Assembly: GCA_043799405.1 (NCBI GenBank)
Contig: JAZDNT010000003.1
Location: 335,461-399,460, forward strand
Length of the DNA: 64,000 nucleotides
Direction: 5' to 3'
Source of the DNA: Candidatus Kerfeldbacteria bacterium
GTDB lineage: Bacteria; Patescibacteriota; Patescibacteriia; SBBC01
This document shows, one piece after another, positions 33,891 through 42,772 of this stretch (positions are counted from its first letter, which is position 1; each line of letters begins with the position of its first letter). The notes under the pieces are model-generated. The model saw nothing but the letters and a program-made list of their open reading frames with translations, searched no databases and had not been told where the DNA came from. The position numbers were made by a program, and so were the translations under genes.

Positions 33891-34171
33891 TACTCGCTCC
33901 CGAGAAGGCGTAGCGCTTCGCCATACTCCTTTACCGTACATCGGACAGCGTCTCGTATGGTCGCTTTTTGTTCCTCGGTCACCGTGCGGTTGTGAATTCC
34001 GCCAAGATCAGTCTTCAGTATCACGAAGTTTCTTCCGACCCTTTGAGCCGGAATCTCGCCGCGCTTGATTTTTTTATAGACCGCAATCCTGCTCATGCCT
34101 AGCAATGATGCAGCTTCTACTGTCGAGAGATATTGATTATTCTGACGGGGGACAACTTCTTTGTTAACCAT
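33890..34171 (-). CDS. Excisionase/MerR-type HTH protein, putative antitoxin of Doc
   Basis: LSTVEAASLLGMSRIAVYKKIKRGEIPAQRVGRNFVI is an excisionase-family HTH. It is translationally coupled to doc. An alternative start lies at 34207. Confidence 0.7.
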   Translation of the reverse strand: MVNKEVVPRQNNQYLSTVEAASLLGMSRIAVYKKIKRGEIPAQRVGRNFVILKTDLGGIHNRTVTEEQKATIRDAVRCTVKEYGEALRLLGSE

Positions 34172-34248
34172 ATTATCAAAGTTAACACATGTTAACTTTA
34201 TTGTCAATAGTTAACATTACTAAATGCTTATCCTATATTTTTACCTCC

Positions 34249-34404
34249 CTACGCCTCTAAAAAGAACCCACCGATGAAGATCCAGAGCGCTGTGACGCCG
34301 ATCAGAATCGCGAAGTATGTAAGCACGCTCCGCTCCCTCTTGAAGAGCGACACAACGCCGAGAATTACGCCAAGAATGAATCCGGCGAATATCGAATACA
34401 GCAT
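34249..34404 (-). CDS. Mini two-TM membrane protein, 51 aa
   Basis: Hand-translated: MLYSIFAGFILGVILGVVSLFKRERSVLTYFAILIGVTALWIFIGGFFLEA. Confidence 0.35.
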   Translation of the reverse strand: MLYSIFAGFILGVILGVVSLFKRERSVLTYFAILIGVTALWIFIGGFFLEA

Positions 34405-34446
34405 TACGTACTCAAGCGCGCTCGTATCGGAACAATAAACGCTACG

Positions 34447-35064
34447 CTACTCTACCGGCATTCGTTCGACCCATTCAATTTCACACTGGCCTTGTATACA
34501 CCGTGGCACGGCCTGTTTTTCGTTATAACAATCGAAAATAGGACATTCGACATTGGCGCACTCTTCCCCTCCGCGCCTTGCCCTTCTTGCCTCCTCCGCT
34601 TTCTTGCTTATTGCTTCACTGCCACATGTCGTACAGCAGGGCTTGTTAGTGTCCAATGACGCGGTTGTAACACAATCGCTGTCGGAGCTGCAGGCAGTGT
34701 CATATATCCCGCTCGGGGCAGCATCGTGGTCGTTATTGAACGCGTCCCCGACGAATATCGTAAGCGCAACGAGCCCGAAAAACGCTGCAAGCCATACAAC
34801 GATCGCGCGTTCGTGTTTAATCAACGCAATGATACCGACAATGCCGCCGGCAATGAGCAGGAAGAACACCAAGAACATCGTGTTGAGTGCCATTGGGCCG
34901 TTATTGATGGTTCCGACGATCTCCTGGCCGGTGTCCGTGTTGGCGACCCGCTGCGACGTTTTCATGAACAGTATCGTCCCCGCAAAGATCAGCAATCCGA
35001 TCGCTGACAACCACATTGACCAGCGTCCGAGCCGTGTTGAGGGAAGGAACTTTCCTGTGTTCAT
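34447..35064 (-). CDS. Membrane protein with a C-terminal Cys-rich domain (hypothetical)
   Basis: 205 aa with four TM helices followed by about 10 Cys (CSSDSDCV...CCTTCGSE...CANVECPIFDC...CIQGQC). Confidence 0.55.
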   Translation of the reverse strand: MNTGKFLPSTRLGRWSMWLSAIGLLIFAGTILFMKTSQRVANTDTGQEIVGTINNGPMALNTMFLVFFLLIAGGIVGIIALIKHERAIVVWLAAFFGLVALTIFVGDAFNNDHDAAPSGIYDTACSSDSDCVTTASLDTNKPCCTTCGSEAISKKAEEARRARRGGEECANVECPIFDCYNEKQAVPRCIQGQCEIEWVERMPVE

Positions 35065-35480
35065 GTTCGTGGTTGTTGTGGGTTACTGATGCTCCCTTTA
35101 CGCACACCAAGCCACGCCCCAACAATGATTGTAATATACGGAAGGTCCATTGCCCACGCGCGCAACACTTTTGTTGTCCCGTTCGGGATCATAATGAACA
35201 GCTGGAATGCGACGAGTATGACGACCCACAACACGCCGGCGATAAGCGCGTCGCGCTTCGTGTCGAGGCGAAGCTTTCGGCAGAACAAGTACGCGACGAT
35301 TCCCATGAGCGCGGCAACGACGACGCCCGAGATCACCATTTTCGTTGAATTAAAATCAATATCGGTCATTCCTTCCGTTCCGTTCACCATCGAGGTAATG
35401 AACAACAGCGCCATCCATACAAGGAACATGAGCAGTCCGTAGCCAATTGCCTTTCCTTTAGTTTGTGCAAATTTTGCCAT
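35061..35480 (-). CDS. Four-TM membrane protein (hypothetical)
   Basis: 139 aa. 4-nt overlap with the downstream gene. Confidence 0.5.
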   Translation of the reverse strand: MAKFAQTKGKAIGYGLLMFLVWMALLFITSMVNGTEGMTDIDFNSTKMVISGVVVAALMGIVAYLFCRKLRLDTKRDALIAGVLWVVILVAFQLFIMIPNGTTKVLRAWAMDLPYITIIVGAWLGVRKGSISNPQQPRT

Positions 35481-35515
35481 AGAGGTTTCCTTTCGTTAAT
35501 ACTATTAATATTATA

Positions 35516-35899
35516 CTACTCCGATTTGCTCTTCCAGATTGTCGAGCAATCACCAAAAAACTCAGGTATGTATGATGGGCAATCTGTCGGCGTCAGCTGC
35601 TTTGCTACATAGCTGCAGAGGTGGTCGCCGCTCTCGGAGTAATATTCGGTACTACCTGCAATCGTCAGCGCATAGTAGGTGATGCCTTGCGATGCACACT
35701 TATCAGCAGTTGACCCAACGAATACGCTTACCATCGGATTATCATTAACGATCTTTGGCTGTTTTGCGATCCATTCGCGCACGAATTTCGGCGTACCCGG
35801 CAGCACCGGATTCACGTTCCACCACACAAGGTACACTGCAACGATGACAGCTACTAAGATACCAAATGAAATCCCGAGAATTTTATAGGTGCGTTTCAT
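35516..35899 (-). CDS. Membrane-anchored hypothetical protein
   Basis: 127 aa. N-terminal TM and an ectodomain with 4 Cys. Confidence 0.5.
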   Translation of the reverse strand: MKRTYKILGISFGILVAVIVAVYLVWWNVNPVLPGTPKFVREWIAKQPKIVNDNPMVSVFVGSTADKCASQGITYYALTIAGSTEYYSESGDHLCSYVAKQLTPTDCPSYIPEFFGDCSTIWKSKSE

Positions 35900-35920
35900 G
35901 TTTTCGGACGATTGTCGATC

Positions 35921-36271
35921 TTATGGTAATACTCGATATGGTATAGCGTCCAGGGTCGGCATCTTGATATATTCGCTACACTCCCCAGAAGTCGCATTTT
36001 GGAACTTTCGCGCTGCACCTGGGATATTTGTATCGCCGATATACACTAGACAAGAACCCTGACATTGCTTGGAGGCTGTGCAAGCCCTCCCCTTATCAGT
36101 TGTTTTTATTAAACACTCGTATGCTGTACCGCCCCATTTCACGCTCACACCACCGATCACGGACCATGTTCCTCCTCGCCGTACGCAGTCCGCCCCTTCA
36201 CGTTTGGAAACCTTGTCGGCAATGAACCTGCGAGTGACCGGCATGAAAAACACTATAATCCCGACTGCCAC
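35921..36271 (-). CDS. Membrane-anchored Cys-rich hypothetical protein
   Basis: 116 aa. N-terminal TM and an ectodomain with 6 Cys. Confidence 0.5.
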   Translation of the reverse strand: MAVGIIVFFMPVTRRFIADKVSKREGADCVRRGGTWSVIGGVSVKWGGTAYECLIKTTDKGRACTASKQCQGSCLVYIGDTNIPGAARKFQNATSGECSEYIKMPTLDAIPYRVLP

Positions 36272-36313
36272 TAAAGCCTGCCACTAAAGCAAGAACAGCA
36301 ATCAATATACGTT

Positions 36314-37777
36314 TCATGTTTTTGGACGATTATCCACAATCCTCTTCTCCTTCAGCTCCGTCTCCATCCCCATCTTTTCCAGAAGCTTATGCATTGATTC
36401 CTGCTTCACGTTCGCGGTAATGAAGATCTCGTTGTGGATCGCGCGCTCGAGCTTTGTTTTCACGTCTTCGAAGTTCGCGCCCTGCTTTGGCGCGACGTGC
36501 ACTTCGATCTCGTCGAGGTCGTTCGGATCGTCGTTTACTTTTTTTATGACAACCTGCCACTCTTCGATCTCGGGCACACCGGAAAGGAGCGGGTAGAATT
36601 CGTTCAGGTTCACGAGCTCGCCCTTGATCTTCGTCAAATGGAACTCTTTCACGTCGCTACTGCGCTGGATGTCTGGAATAATCCGAGGCGTCGTTTTTCC
36701 GCATACCTCGCACGGCCCGAACTCAATGCCTTTGCATAGGTCGCCGGTACGATACCGCACCACTGCTGACCCGCGCCAGTCGAGCGCCGTGTACACGAGC
36801 TCACCCGGAGAACCGTTAGGTTTCACGTTCCCGTCCTTGTCGATCACCTCGATGATCTCAAGGTCGGGCATGAGGTGATAGCCGGTCGTCTCGCTGCATT
36901 GGATCCACGCGGTCTTCGATTCGGTGAGTGCATACGTTGCAAGGACTTTCACGTCAGGTGCCTTGAGCTGCGCTGCAAGCTCCTTCACCTTCTGCCTGAA
37001 TCCCTCGCTTACGCGCTCTCCGCCGAACACGAGGTACTTTAAGTTTGAAAAGTCTCGTCCCTGCTTCACTGCTTCGCGCAGCAGGTGGTAGCAGTAGCCG
37101 GGGATGAACGCGGCGAGGTTCACCTTAAGCCGTTCCATCGCGTCAATGATCTTCTGTGTGCCCATGACCTTTCCTCCGCCGGTCGCGAGGTTCGTCATGC
37201 CGACGGTCACGGTCGCGTAGTACATGAGCCAGAACGCGAGGTGCGGCGAGTACGGAAAGCCGTTCAATGCCATGAGGTCCTTCGTGAATCCACCGACGTC
37301 AAAGAGCCGCTTCGCCGTTTCCTTGAAGAGTTCGAGGTCACGCGATGAGTACACGAACGGTGTCGGCAGCGCGGTTCTGCCGGTCGTGAAGTGCATATGT
37401 ACCGGCTTGTACTCCCACTCGAGCTTGCGCGTAACGTCCTGTTTCATGAATTTGCCCCAGACGATCTTCGCGAGTGTGCCTTTCGACGCGTACTTTTTAA
37501 TGAGGTGCTCGTCCGGCTGGAGAATGAACTTCCGCGGTTTTGTGTGGTCTTCCTCTGTCGGCGCTAAATCCGCCTTCGTTGTGAAGGGGATGCGTTTTAA
37601 ATCATCGACTGTCTCGATATCGCTGAAATCGATCTTGTTCTTCGCAAAGAGCTCCCGATAGTACGGGGAATAGGGCAGCTGATGACTAACGAATTTATTC
37701 AATAGCTTGTTCTGGAGCTTTTTCCGTTCGTCGCTCCGGAGCTGCGCGATCTGTTCCCACTGTTTGAATAACGCCAT
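36314..37777 (-). CDS. Phenylacetate-CoA ligase / coenzyme F390 synthetase-family adenylate-forming enzyme
   Basis: HFTTGRTALPTP (P-loop-like), YALTESKTAW and YRTGDLC are the PaaK-type (COG1541) pattern. Confidence 0.7.
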   Translation of the reverse strand: MALFKQWEQIAQLRSDERKKLQNKLLNKFVSHQLPYSPYYRELFAKNKIDFSDIETVDDLKRIPFTTKADLAPTEEDHTKPRKFILQPDEHLIKKYASKGTLAKIVWGKFMKQDVTRKLEWEYKPVHMHFTTGRTALPTPFVYSSRDLELFKETAKRLFDVGGFTKDLMALNGFPYSPHLAFWLMYYATVTVGMTNLATGGGKVMGTQKIIDAMERLKVNLAAFIPGYCYHLLREAVKQGRDFSNLKYLVFGGERVSEGFRQKVKELAAQLKAPDVKVLATYALTESKTAWIQCSETTGYHLMPDLEIIEVIDKDGNVKPNGSPGELVYTALDWRGSAVVRYRTGDLCKGIEFGPCEVCGKTTPRIIPDIQRSSDVKEFHLTKIKGELVNLNEFYPLLSGVPEIEEWQVVIKKVNDDPNDLDEIEVHVAPKQGANFEDVKTKLERAIHNEIFITANVKQESMHKLLEKMGMETELKEKRIVDNRPKT

Positions 37778-37870
37778 AGAATCAATCCATCTGTTTACGG
37801 TACTAGTGTACCGTGTTTTTCAGCAAAAAAACAGCCCGGCTGAGAGGCATTTGGCGTATGTGTCTCGTAT

Positions 37871-38482
37871 CTAACCGACGTAGACCTTTTCTGCGAGCGG
37901 TACAACGCCCCGCATGATCTCTTGTGTCGCTTCCTGTAAAACACCGTAATCAAGCTGCTTTCCGCGGAACCGCTCAAGGTCGATCGCTGGTCCGAAACGT
38001 ATGCTGAGATTCTTCCGCATAGCGACAAGGTTCGTCAAAGACTGTACGAAGTTCCTGCCCGTCAATCCGAAGAGGCCTACGGGGATGACGGGAATGCCCG
38101 CGAGGAGAGCCAACCGTGCGGTCCCGGTCCTCCCCTTGAGAAGGTGCAGCATCGCGTTCCGCGAACCCTCGATGAAGTTGCAGATGATCTTGCCCTGACG
38201 AATATACCGGAGCGCATCGTCGACGCTCTCGGATTTTCGGTCCGGGTTGATGCGAAGCGCCGCCCGCGTCCACCAGTAGTTGTTCGATTTGGTGAGAAAG
38301 TACACTTCGTGACCGTTGATCTCATGGAGCGCCATTGCGATGTAGAACCCGTCGAGGTAGTCGATGTGATTCGCCGCGATGAGGTATGGGCCATGTTTCG
38401 GTAGATGTTCGCCGCCGCTGATATCGGAAAAAATGCCCTTGAAGAGCGGATAGAGGATGTTCCTGACGGTTACGTACACCAT
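37871..38482 (-). CDS. Lysophospholipid (1-acyl-sn-glycerol-3-phosphate) acyltransferase family, paralog 1
   Basis: AANHIDYLDG (HX4D) and FIEGSRN motifs. Start at MVYVTV; the upstream part of track ORF 37871..38971 is out-of-context R-rich junk overlapping paralog 2. Confidence 0.7.
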   Translation of the reverse strand: MVYVTVRNILYPLFKGIFSDISGGEHLPKHGPYLIAANHIDYLDGFYIAMALHEINGHEVYFLTKSNNYWWTRAALRINPDRKSESVDDALRYIRQGKIICNFIEGSRNAMLHLLKGRTGTARLALLAGIPVIPVGLFGLTGRNFVQSLTNLVAMRKNLSIRFGPAIDLERFRGKQLDYGVLQEATQEIMRGVVPLAEKVYVG

Positions 38483-38484
38483 GC

Positions 38485-39147
38485 CTAGTAAGGATACGCC
38501 TTGCCGCAGAGCCGTGCTATCTCGCGCATGACCGCGTTCGTGACCTCTACGAGCCGTTCTTTCGTCACAGTGGTCAAGTCTTCCTTGGCAAATATCATCG
38601 GTTTGCCGAACCTGACGATCGCCTCCTGCTTCCGTCGTAAAAAATTGACGATCGCCTGCCATGCGGAAAACCCTTTCGGCGCAATAATGCCTGCCGGGAT
38701 CACGGGTACGCCCGTTGCAAGCGCGAGCCGTGCTATGCCGGTCTTTCCGCGCAGCATCTCTGTTTCCCATGCTGGATTCACCGAGGGTTTGTTGCGTCCG
38801 CCTTCCGGGAAGATCCCGATAACACCGCCGTTGTTCAACATCTCGATTGCGGGGCCGAGCGCGTCCGCCTTTCGGGAACTCATGATCGGGATCATACCGA
38901 GCCAACGTAGTAACCGCGAACCTCCGAATGAACCGAAGGACCTCCATACGTGTTCGGTCGTCAGGTACCACGCCTTCCGGTCACGGTGCTGAAGAAGTGA
39001 AAGGGTAACTTGGACCCCGTCTGTGTAGCTCTGATGGTTTGCCGCGACGATAAAAGCGCCGGATACGGGCACGCGTTCAATCCCTTCGACCGTGGTCCTG
39101 CTGCCGAATAACGGGAGGACGATTTTTCTCCAGATACGGTACTCCAT
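38485..39147 (-). CDS. Lysophospholipid acyltransferase family, paralog 2
   Basis: AANHQSYTDG and FPEGGRN motifs. Start taken at MEYRIW, 1 nt after the stop of paralog 3. Confidence 0.7.
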   Translation of the reverse strand: MEYRIWRKIVLPLFGSRTTVEGIERVPVSGAFIVAANHQSYTDGVQVTLSLLQHRDRKAWYLTTEHVWRSFGSFGGSRLLRWLGMIPIMSSRKADALGPAIEMLNNGGVIGIFPEGGRNKPSVNPAWETEMLRGKTGIARLALATGVPVIPAGIIAPKGFSAWQAIVNFLRRKQEAIVRFGKPMIFAKEDLTTVTKERLVEVTNAVMREIARLCGKAYPY

Positions 39148-39148
39148 G

Positions 39149-39781
39149 CTATGTAACATACGGTTTACCGCTGAGGGCTGCGATGCGATGCATAAGGTCA
39201 TCGGTCAAAGAACGGACGATGGTGTGATCATTTGCGTCGCCTTTTGGCGTATACGGTTCTCCGAACCGGATCGTGATTCCCTCTTGCCGGTGGGCAAAAC
39301 GGCGGCCGATGATTGTCATGAGACGGACGTTCGTGTTCTCGATCCCGACCGGCAAGATCGGAGCTCCCGACAGAAGGCTCATGCGTATTGCGCCGGTATG
39401 TCCGGGGAGGAGCGCCGTTCCCGGACTCGCACGACCCTCGGGAAACACTCCGATACTGTCTCCGCGCTTGAGCGCTACTACCGCGGTCTCAACGACGTTT
39501 CCCGGCTTCCTTTGGTTGACCGGAATGGTGTTCGTCCAGTACTGGAGGAAAAATCCGAGAAAGTACCAGAACTTATTGCTTGTATCGACGAGGTACCGCA
39601 GTTTCCTTTTTGTCCGACGGACGTACACTGCGCCGATGAACAACGGGTCGAGCAGACCGAGATGGTTCGATGCAACGATCACGGGACGACTGTCAGGAAT
39701 ATTCTCAACCCCCTCGATCGCCTTCGCGAAGATGCTCACAAAGGGAAAGAAGCTTCGACGTGCAATAGGGTATGCGGTCAT
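39149..39781 (-). CDS. Lysophospholipid acyltransferase family, paralog 3
   Basis: ASNHLGLLDP and FPEGRAS motifs. Confidence 0.7.
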   Translation of the reverse strand: MTAYPIARRSFFPFVSIFAKAIEGVENIPDSRPVIVASNHLGLLDPLFIGAVYVRRTKRKLRYLVDTSNKFWYFLGFFLQYWTNTIPVNQRKPGNVVETAVVALKRGDSIGVFPEGRASPGTALLPGHTGAIRMSLLSGAPILPVGIENTNVRLMTIIGRRFAHRQEGITIRFGEPYTPKGDANDHTIVRSLTDDLMHRIAALSGKPYVT

Positions 39782-39852
39782 GCTAATGGGTACCGTTCAC
39801 GTGATGCAAATGGATCCTCAGTGCTAAAGGTAACCAAAAAATCGGAATGCTA

Positions 39853-40557
39853 CTATTGTACGATGATCTTGTATGGGCCGTCGGTCCAGACAAGAGTTGA
39901 AAGCGTTCCGTTACACGCTTCTGTAACCCACTTATACAAGACCCATACGGTACCATCGGTAAGCGTAAATCCAGCAGACGTCCAGGAATCACCGCTGTTC
40001 GGATAGAAATCGGGGGTATACGGCCCACCAATATAGCTCGCTTTCCAGTATACGTGAACGTCAGAGATAGGACTTAGTTTCACTTCAGGAACCGAAATTG
40101 ATTTCCAGTGGTAGTACGTCGCCTTCGTAACGGCACAAGGACTTGGGGATGCGTATGTCGCGATATACTCTCCGCTCGCTGCCGTATCAATCGTCCCGCC
40201 GTACTCTTTCCCTCCACTCACCGGAAGATTGTTAACGGTTAGGGAACTTGCTGTAAGCGTCCCTGCACTTAGGTTATTTGCTGTAACGATGTTCCCTTTT
40301 ACCTCAAGGTTATCGTTGATGATGAAGGGTTTTGTATCGCCCGATCCAGCTTTCGTACCGCGGTATGCGTACCCGTCAAGGCGAAAATTGCCGGTAACGC
40401 GCAGTTTGCTCGCGAAGAATTCTCCGACCAGCTTAAAGACGTCTCCTGACTTTCCCCCGAGTTTTCCATTAATGGTACGCTGTGTTGCGGCGGAAACGCT
40501 ACTGGCAAGGATGATGAGAACCGCGACTGTGACGATGGCAATCTGTCGATGTTTCAT
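39853..40557 (-). CDS. Secreted hypothetical protein (beta-rich)
   Basis: Signal peptide MKHRQIAIVTVAVLIILASSVSA. Repetitive G/N/T-rich beta-like segments. Confidence 0.5.
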   Translation of the reverse strand: MKHRQIAIVTVAVLIILASSVSAATQRTINGKLGGKSGDVFKLVGEFFASKLRVTGNFRLDGYAYRGTKAGSGDTKPFIINDNLEVKGNIVTANNLSAGTLTASSLTVNNLPVSGGKEYGGTIDTAASGEYIATYASPSPCAVTKATYYHWKSISVPEVKLSPISDVHVYWKASYIGGPYTPDFYPNSGDSWTSAGFTLTDGTVWVLYKWVTEACNGTLSTLVWTDGPYKIIVQ

Positions 40558-40677
40558 ATAATTCTTCCTTTGATTAGTGTATTTTATGACACTCCTTCAT
40601 TGTACCGTTACGTTAGAACAATAACAAACGCCGCTCTTCGGAATTCCGGAGAGCAGCGTTTGAGGTAGTCCACAAGG

Positions 40678-42747
40678 TTACATGAATAACGGTGCTAAGA
40701 CGAGGGTCAACGTTGCGAGGAGCTTGATGAGAACGTGAAGCGAGGGACCAGCCGTGTCCTTGAACGGATCGCCGACGGTGTCGCCGACGACCGCGGCGGC
40801 GTGGATCGGGGTTTTCTTGCCCTGTACTACACCTTTCGAATCGATGAACTTCCCGCTCTCGATGAACTTCTTCGCGTTGTCCCACGCGCCGCCTGCGTTG
40901 TTCATAACAAGAGCCATGAGGATGCCGACGATCGTCGCGACCATAAGGAAACCAGCAGCCGCTTCGGCGCGAAGGATGAGACCGGTCGCGACCGGTACGA
41001 CGATCGCAATGACGCCCGGGAACACCATGTTCCGAAGGGCGCCGCTCGTTGTGATATCAACGGCTCGTCCATAGTCGGGCTTCTCGATACCTTGCATGAT
41101 CCCCGGCTTTTCTCTGAACTGCCGTCTGACCTCCTCGATGATGTAGCCGGCCGTCTTTCCGACGGCGCGGATCGCGAGCGCAGAGAACAGGAAGACGAGC
41201 ATCGCGCCGAGCATCGCGCCGATGAACACCGGCACCTTTGAGAGGTTCACGATCTCGATGTTCGCGACCTTCGTGTATGCAGAGAAGAGAAGGAACGCCG
41301 CGAGCGCTGCCGATCCTACGGCATATCCCTTCGTGAGCGCTTTCGTCGTATTTCCGACGGCATCGAGCCGGTCAGTTATCTCGCGCGTTTCGTCGGACGC
41401 GCCTGACATTTCGACGATACCGCCGGCATTATCGGTGATCGGCCCGAAGTTGTCCATCGCGAGGATGTATGCGGCGGTCGAGAGCATGCCCATGGTCGCG
41501 ATCGCGGTCCCGAACAATCCGCCGTCCGGCAGCCCGCTCGCCTCGCCGAGCTTGAACGCACCGAAAAGCGACGCAGCGATCGCGATGATCGGAAGCGCGG
41601 TGTTCTCAAAGCCGACCGCGAGCCCGGCGATGATGTTCGTCGCCGGTCCCGTCTCCGACGCGCGCGCGATCTCGCGTACCGGCCGGTACTTGTGGTCCGT
41701 GTAGTACTGCGTGAGCCAGACGAATACCATGCTCATGGCGAGTCCGACCATGCCGGCGCCGAAGAACCAGAGGTACTCCTTGCCGAGGAAGCTCTGCGTG
41801 ACGAAGAACATGACCGCAGTTGCGAGAGCGAGCGAAATGTAGAAGCCGCGGTTCAAAGCTTTCATCGGATCCTCGTTCGATTTCACCCTGACCGTCATGA
41901 CGCCGATCACGGACGCGATCAGTCCGAACGCGTTGATGATGAGCGGTACGAGGATGCCCTTCTCCTGGAAGAACGGGTAGAGCGCTACGCCGAGGATCAT
42001 CGCCCCGATGCTTTCCGCGGCGGTCGACTCGAAGATGTCCGCTCCGCGGCCTGCACAGTCGCCGACGTTGTCACCGACGAGGTCGGCGATGACCGCCGGG
42101 TTCCTCGGGTCGTCTTCGGGGATCCCCGCTTCGACCTTACCGACGAGGTCGGCACCGACGTCAGCCGCCTTCGTGTAGATGCCACCTCCCAATTGCGCGA
42201 ACAGCGCGACGAACGATGCACCGAAACCGAATCCGACGATGATATTGGGAACTTCGCGGGCATCGAAGTGCAGGATGGAGGTGTACAGAACGTAGAGCGC
42301 GGTCACGCCGAGCATCGAGAGGGCCGTGACCATGATGCCCGATACGGCCCCGCTCCGCAGCGCGATCTGCAGCGCGCCGTTCATGTCCTTACGGTCAGCG
42401 GCAGCAGCGACCTTGCTGTTTGCGCGGACCGATACCAACATGCCGGTAAACCCAGCTATTCCCGAACAGAGCGCACCAAAAAGGAACGCAGCGCCCGTCT
42501 GCGTACCAATTGCGAGCTTTCCCGTCAGCGCATAAACCGCAAAAATGACAATTCCGAGGACGATGGTGAGAATTCCAATCGTCCGGTACTGCCGCCTTAA
42601 GAACGCTTTCGCGCCTTCACGGATCGCCATTGCGACATTCATCATGCCCTCAGTTCCTTCGGGCGTCGCGTTCACCTTCATTATGAGCCACCAGGAAAAC
42701 AGTAAACCAACGATGCTGATACCGAGCGGGTAAAAGACAATGTTCAT
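40678..42747 (-). CDS. hppA: Membrane-bound proton/sodium-translocating pyrophosphatase
   Basis: GDNVGDCAGRGADIFES, DAVGNTTKA, GGAWDNAKK and GDTVGDPFKDTAGPSLH signatures. 689 aa, polytopic. Confidence 0.95.
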   Translation of the reverse strand: MNIVFYPLGISIVGLLFSWWLIMKVNATPEGTEGMMNVAMAIREGAKAFLRRQYRTIGILTIVLGIVIFAVYALTGKLAIGTQTGAAFLFGALCSGIAGFTGMLVSVRANSKVAAAADRKDMNGALQIALRSGAVSGIMVTALSMLGVTALYVLYTSILHFDAREVPNIIVGFGFGASFVALFAQLGGGIYTKAADVGADLVGKVEAGIPEDDPRNPAVIADLVGDNVGDCAGRGADIFESTAAESIGAMILGVALYPFFQEKGILVPLIINAFGLIASVIGVMTVRVKSNEDPMKALNRGFYISLALATAVMFFVTQSFLGKEYLWFFGAGMVGLAMSMVFVWLTQYYTDHKYRPVREIARASETGPATNIIAGLAVGFENTALPIIAIAASLFGAFKLGEASGLPDGGLFGTAIATMGMLSTAAYILAMDNFGPITDNAGGIVEMSGASDETREITDRLDAVGNTTKALTKGYAVGSAALAAFLLFSAYTKVANIEIVNLSKVPVFIGAMLGAMLVFLFSALAIRAVGKTAGYIIEEVRRQFREKPGIMQGIEKPDYGRAVDITTSGALRNMVFPGVIAIVVPVATGLILRAEAAAGFLMVATIVGILMALVMNNAGGAWDNAKKFIESGKFIDSKGVVQGKKTPIHAAAVVGDTVGDPFKDTAGPSLHVLIKLLATLTLVLAPLFM

Positions 42748-42772
42748 ACGCGTTGTATGTTAACGGATACGA

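Noticed and set aside
38483-38971. N-terminal 163-aa extension of track ORF 37871..38971
   Set aside because: The extension is arginine-rich junk that overlaps the well-supported PlsC paralog 2 in another frame. The acyltransferase homology begins at the Met at 38482.
41692-42600. Long antisense ORFs inside real genes: 302 aa within hppA, 216 aa at 43583-44233 within nusA, 304 aa at 39092-40006 across the PlsC paralogs, and 180 aa at 15087-15629 within the OLD gene
   Set aside because: Their composition is low-complexity and R/D/E-rich, and they lie opposite genes with strong family signatures. They are typical shadow ORFs.
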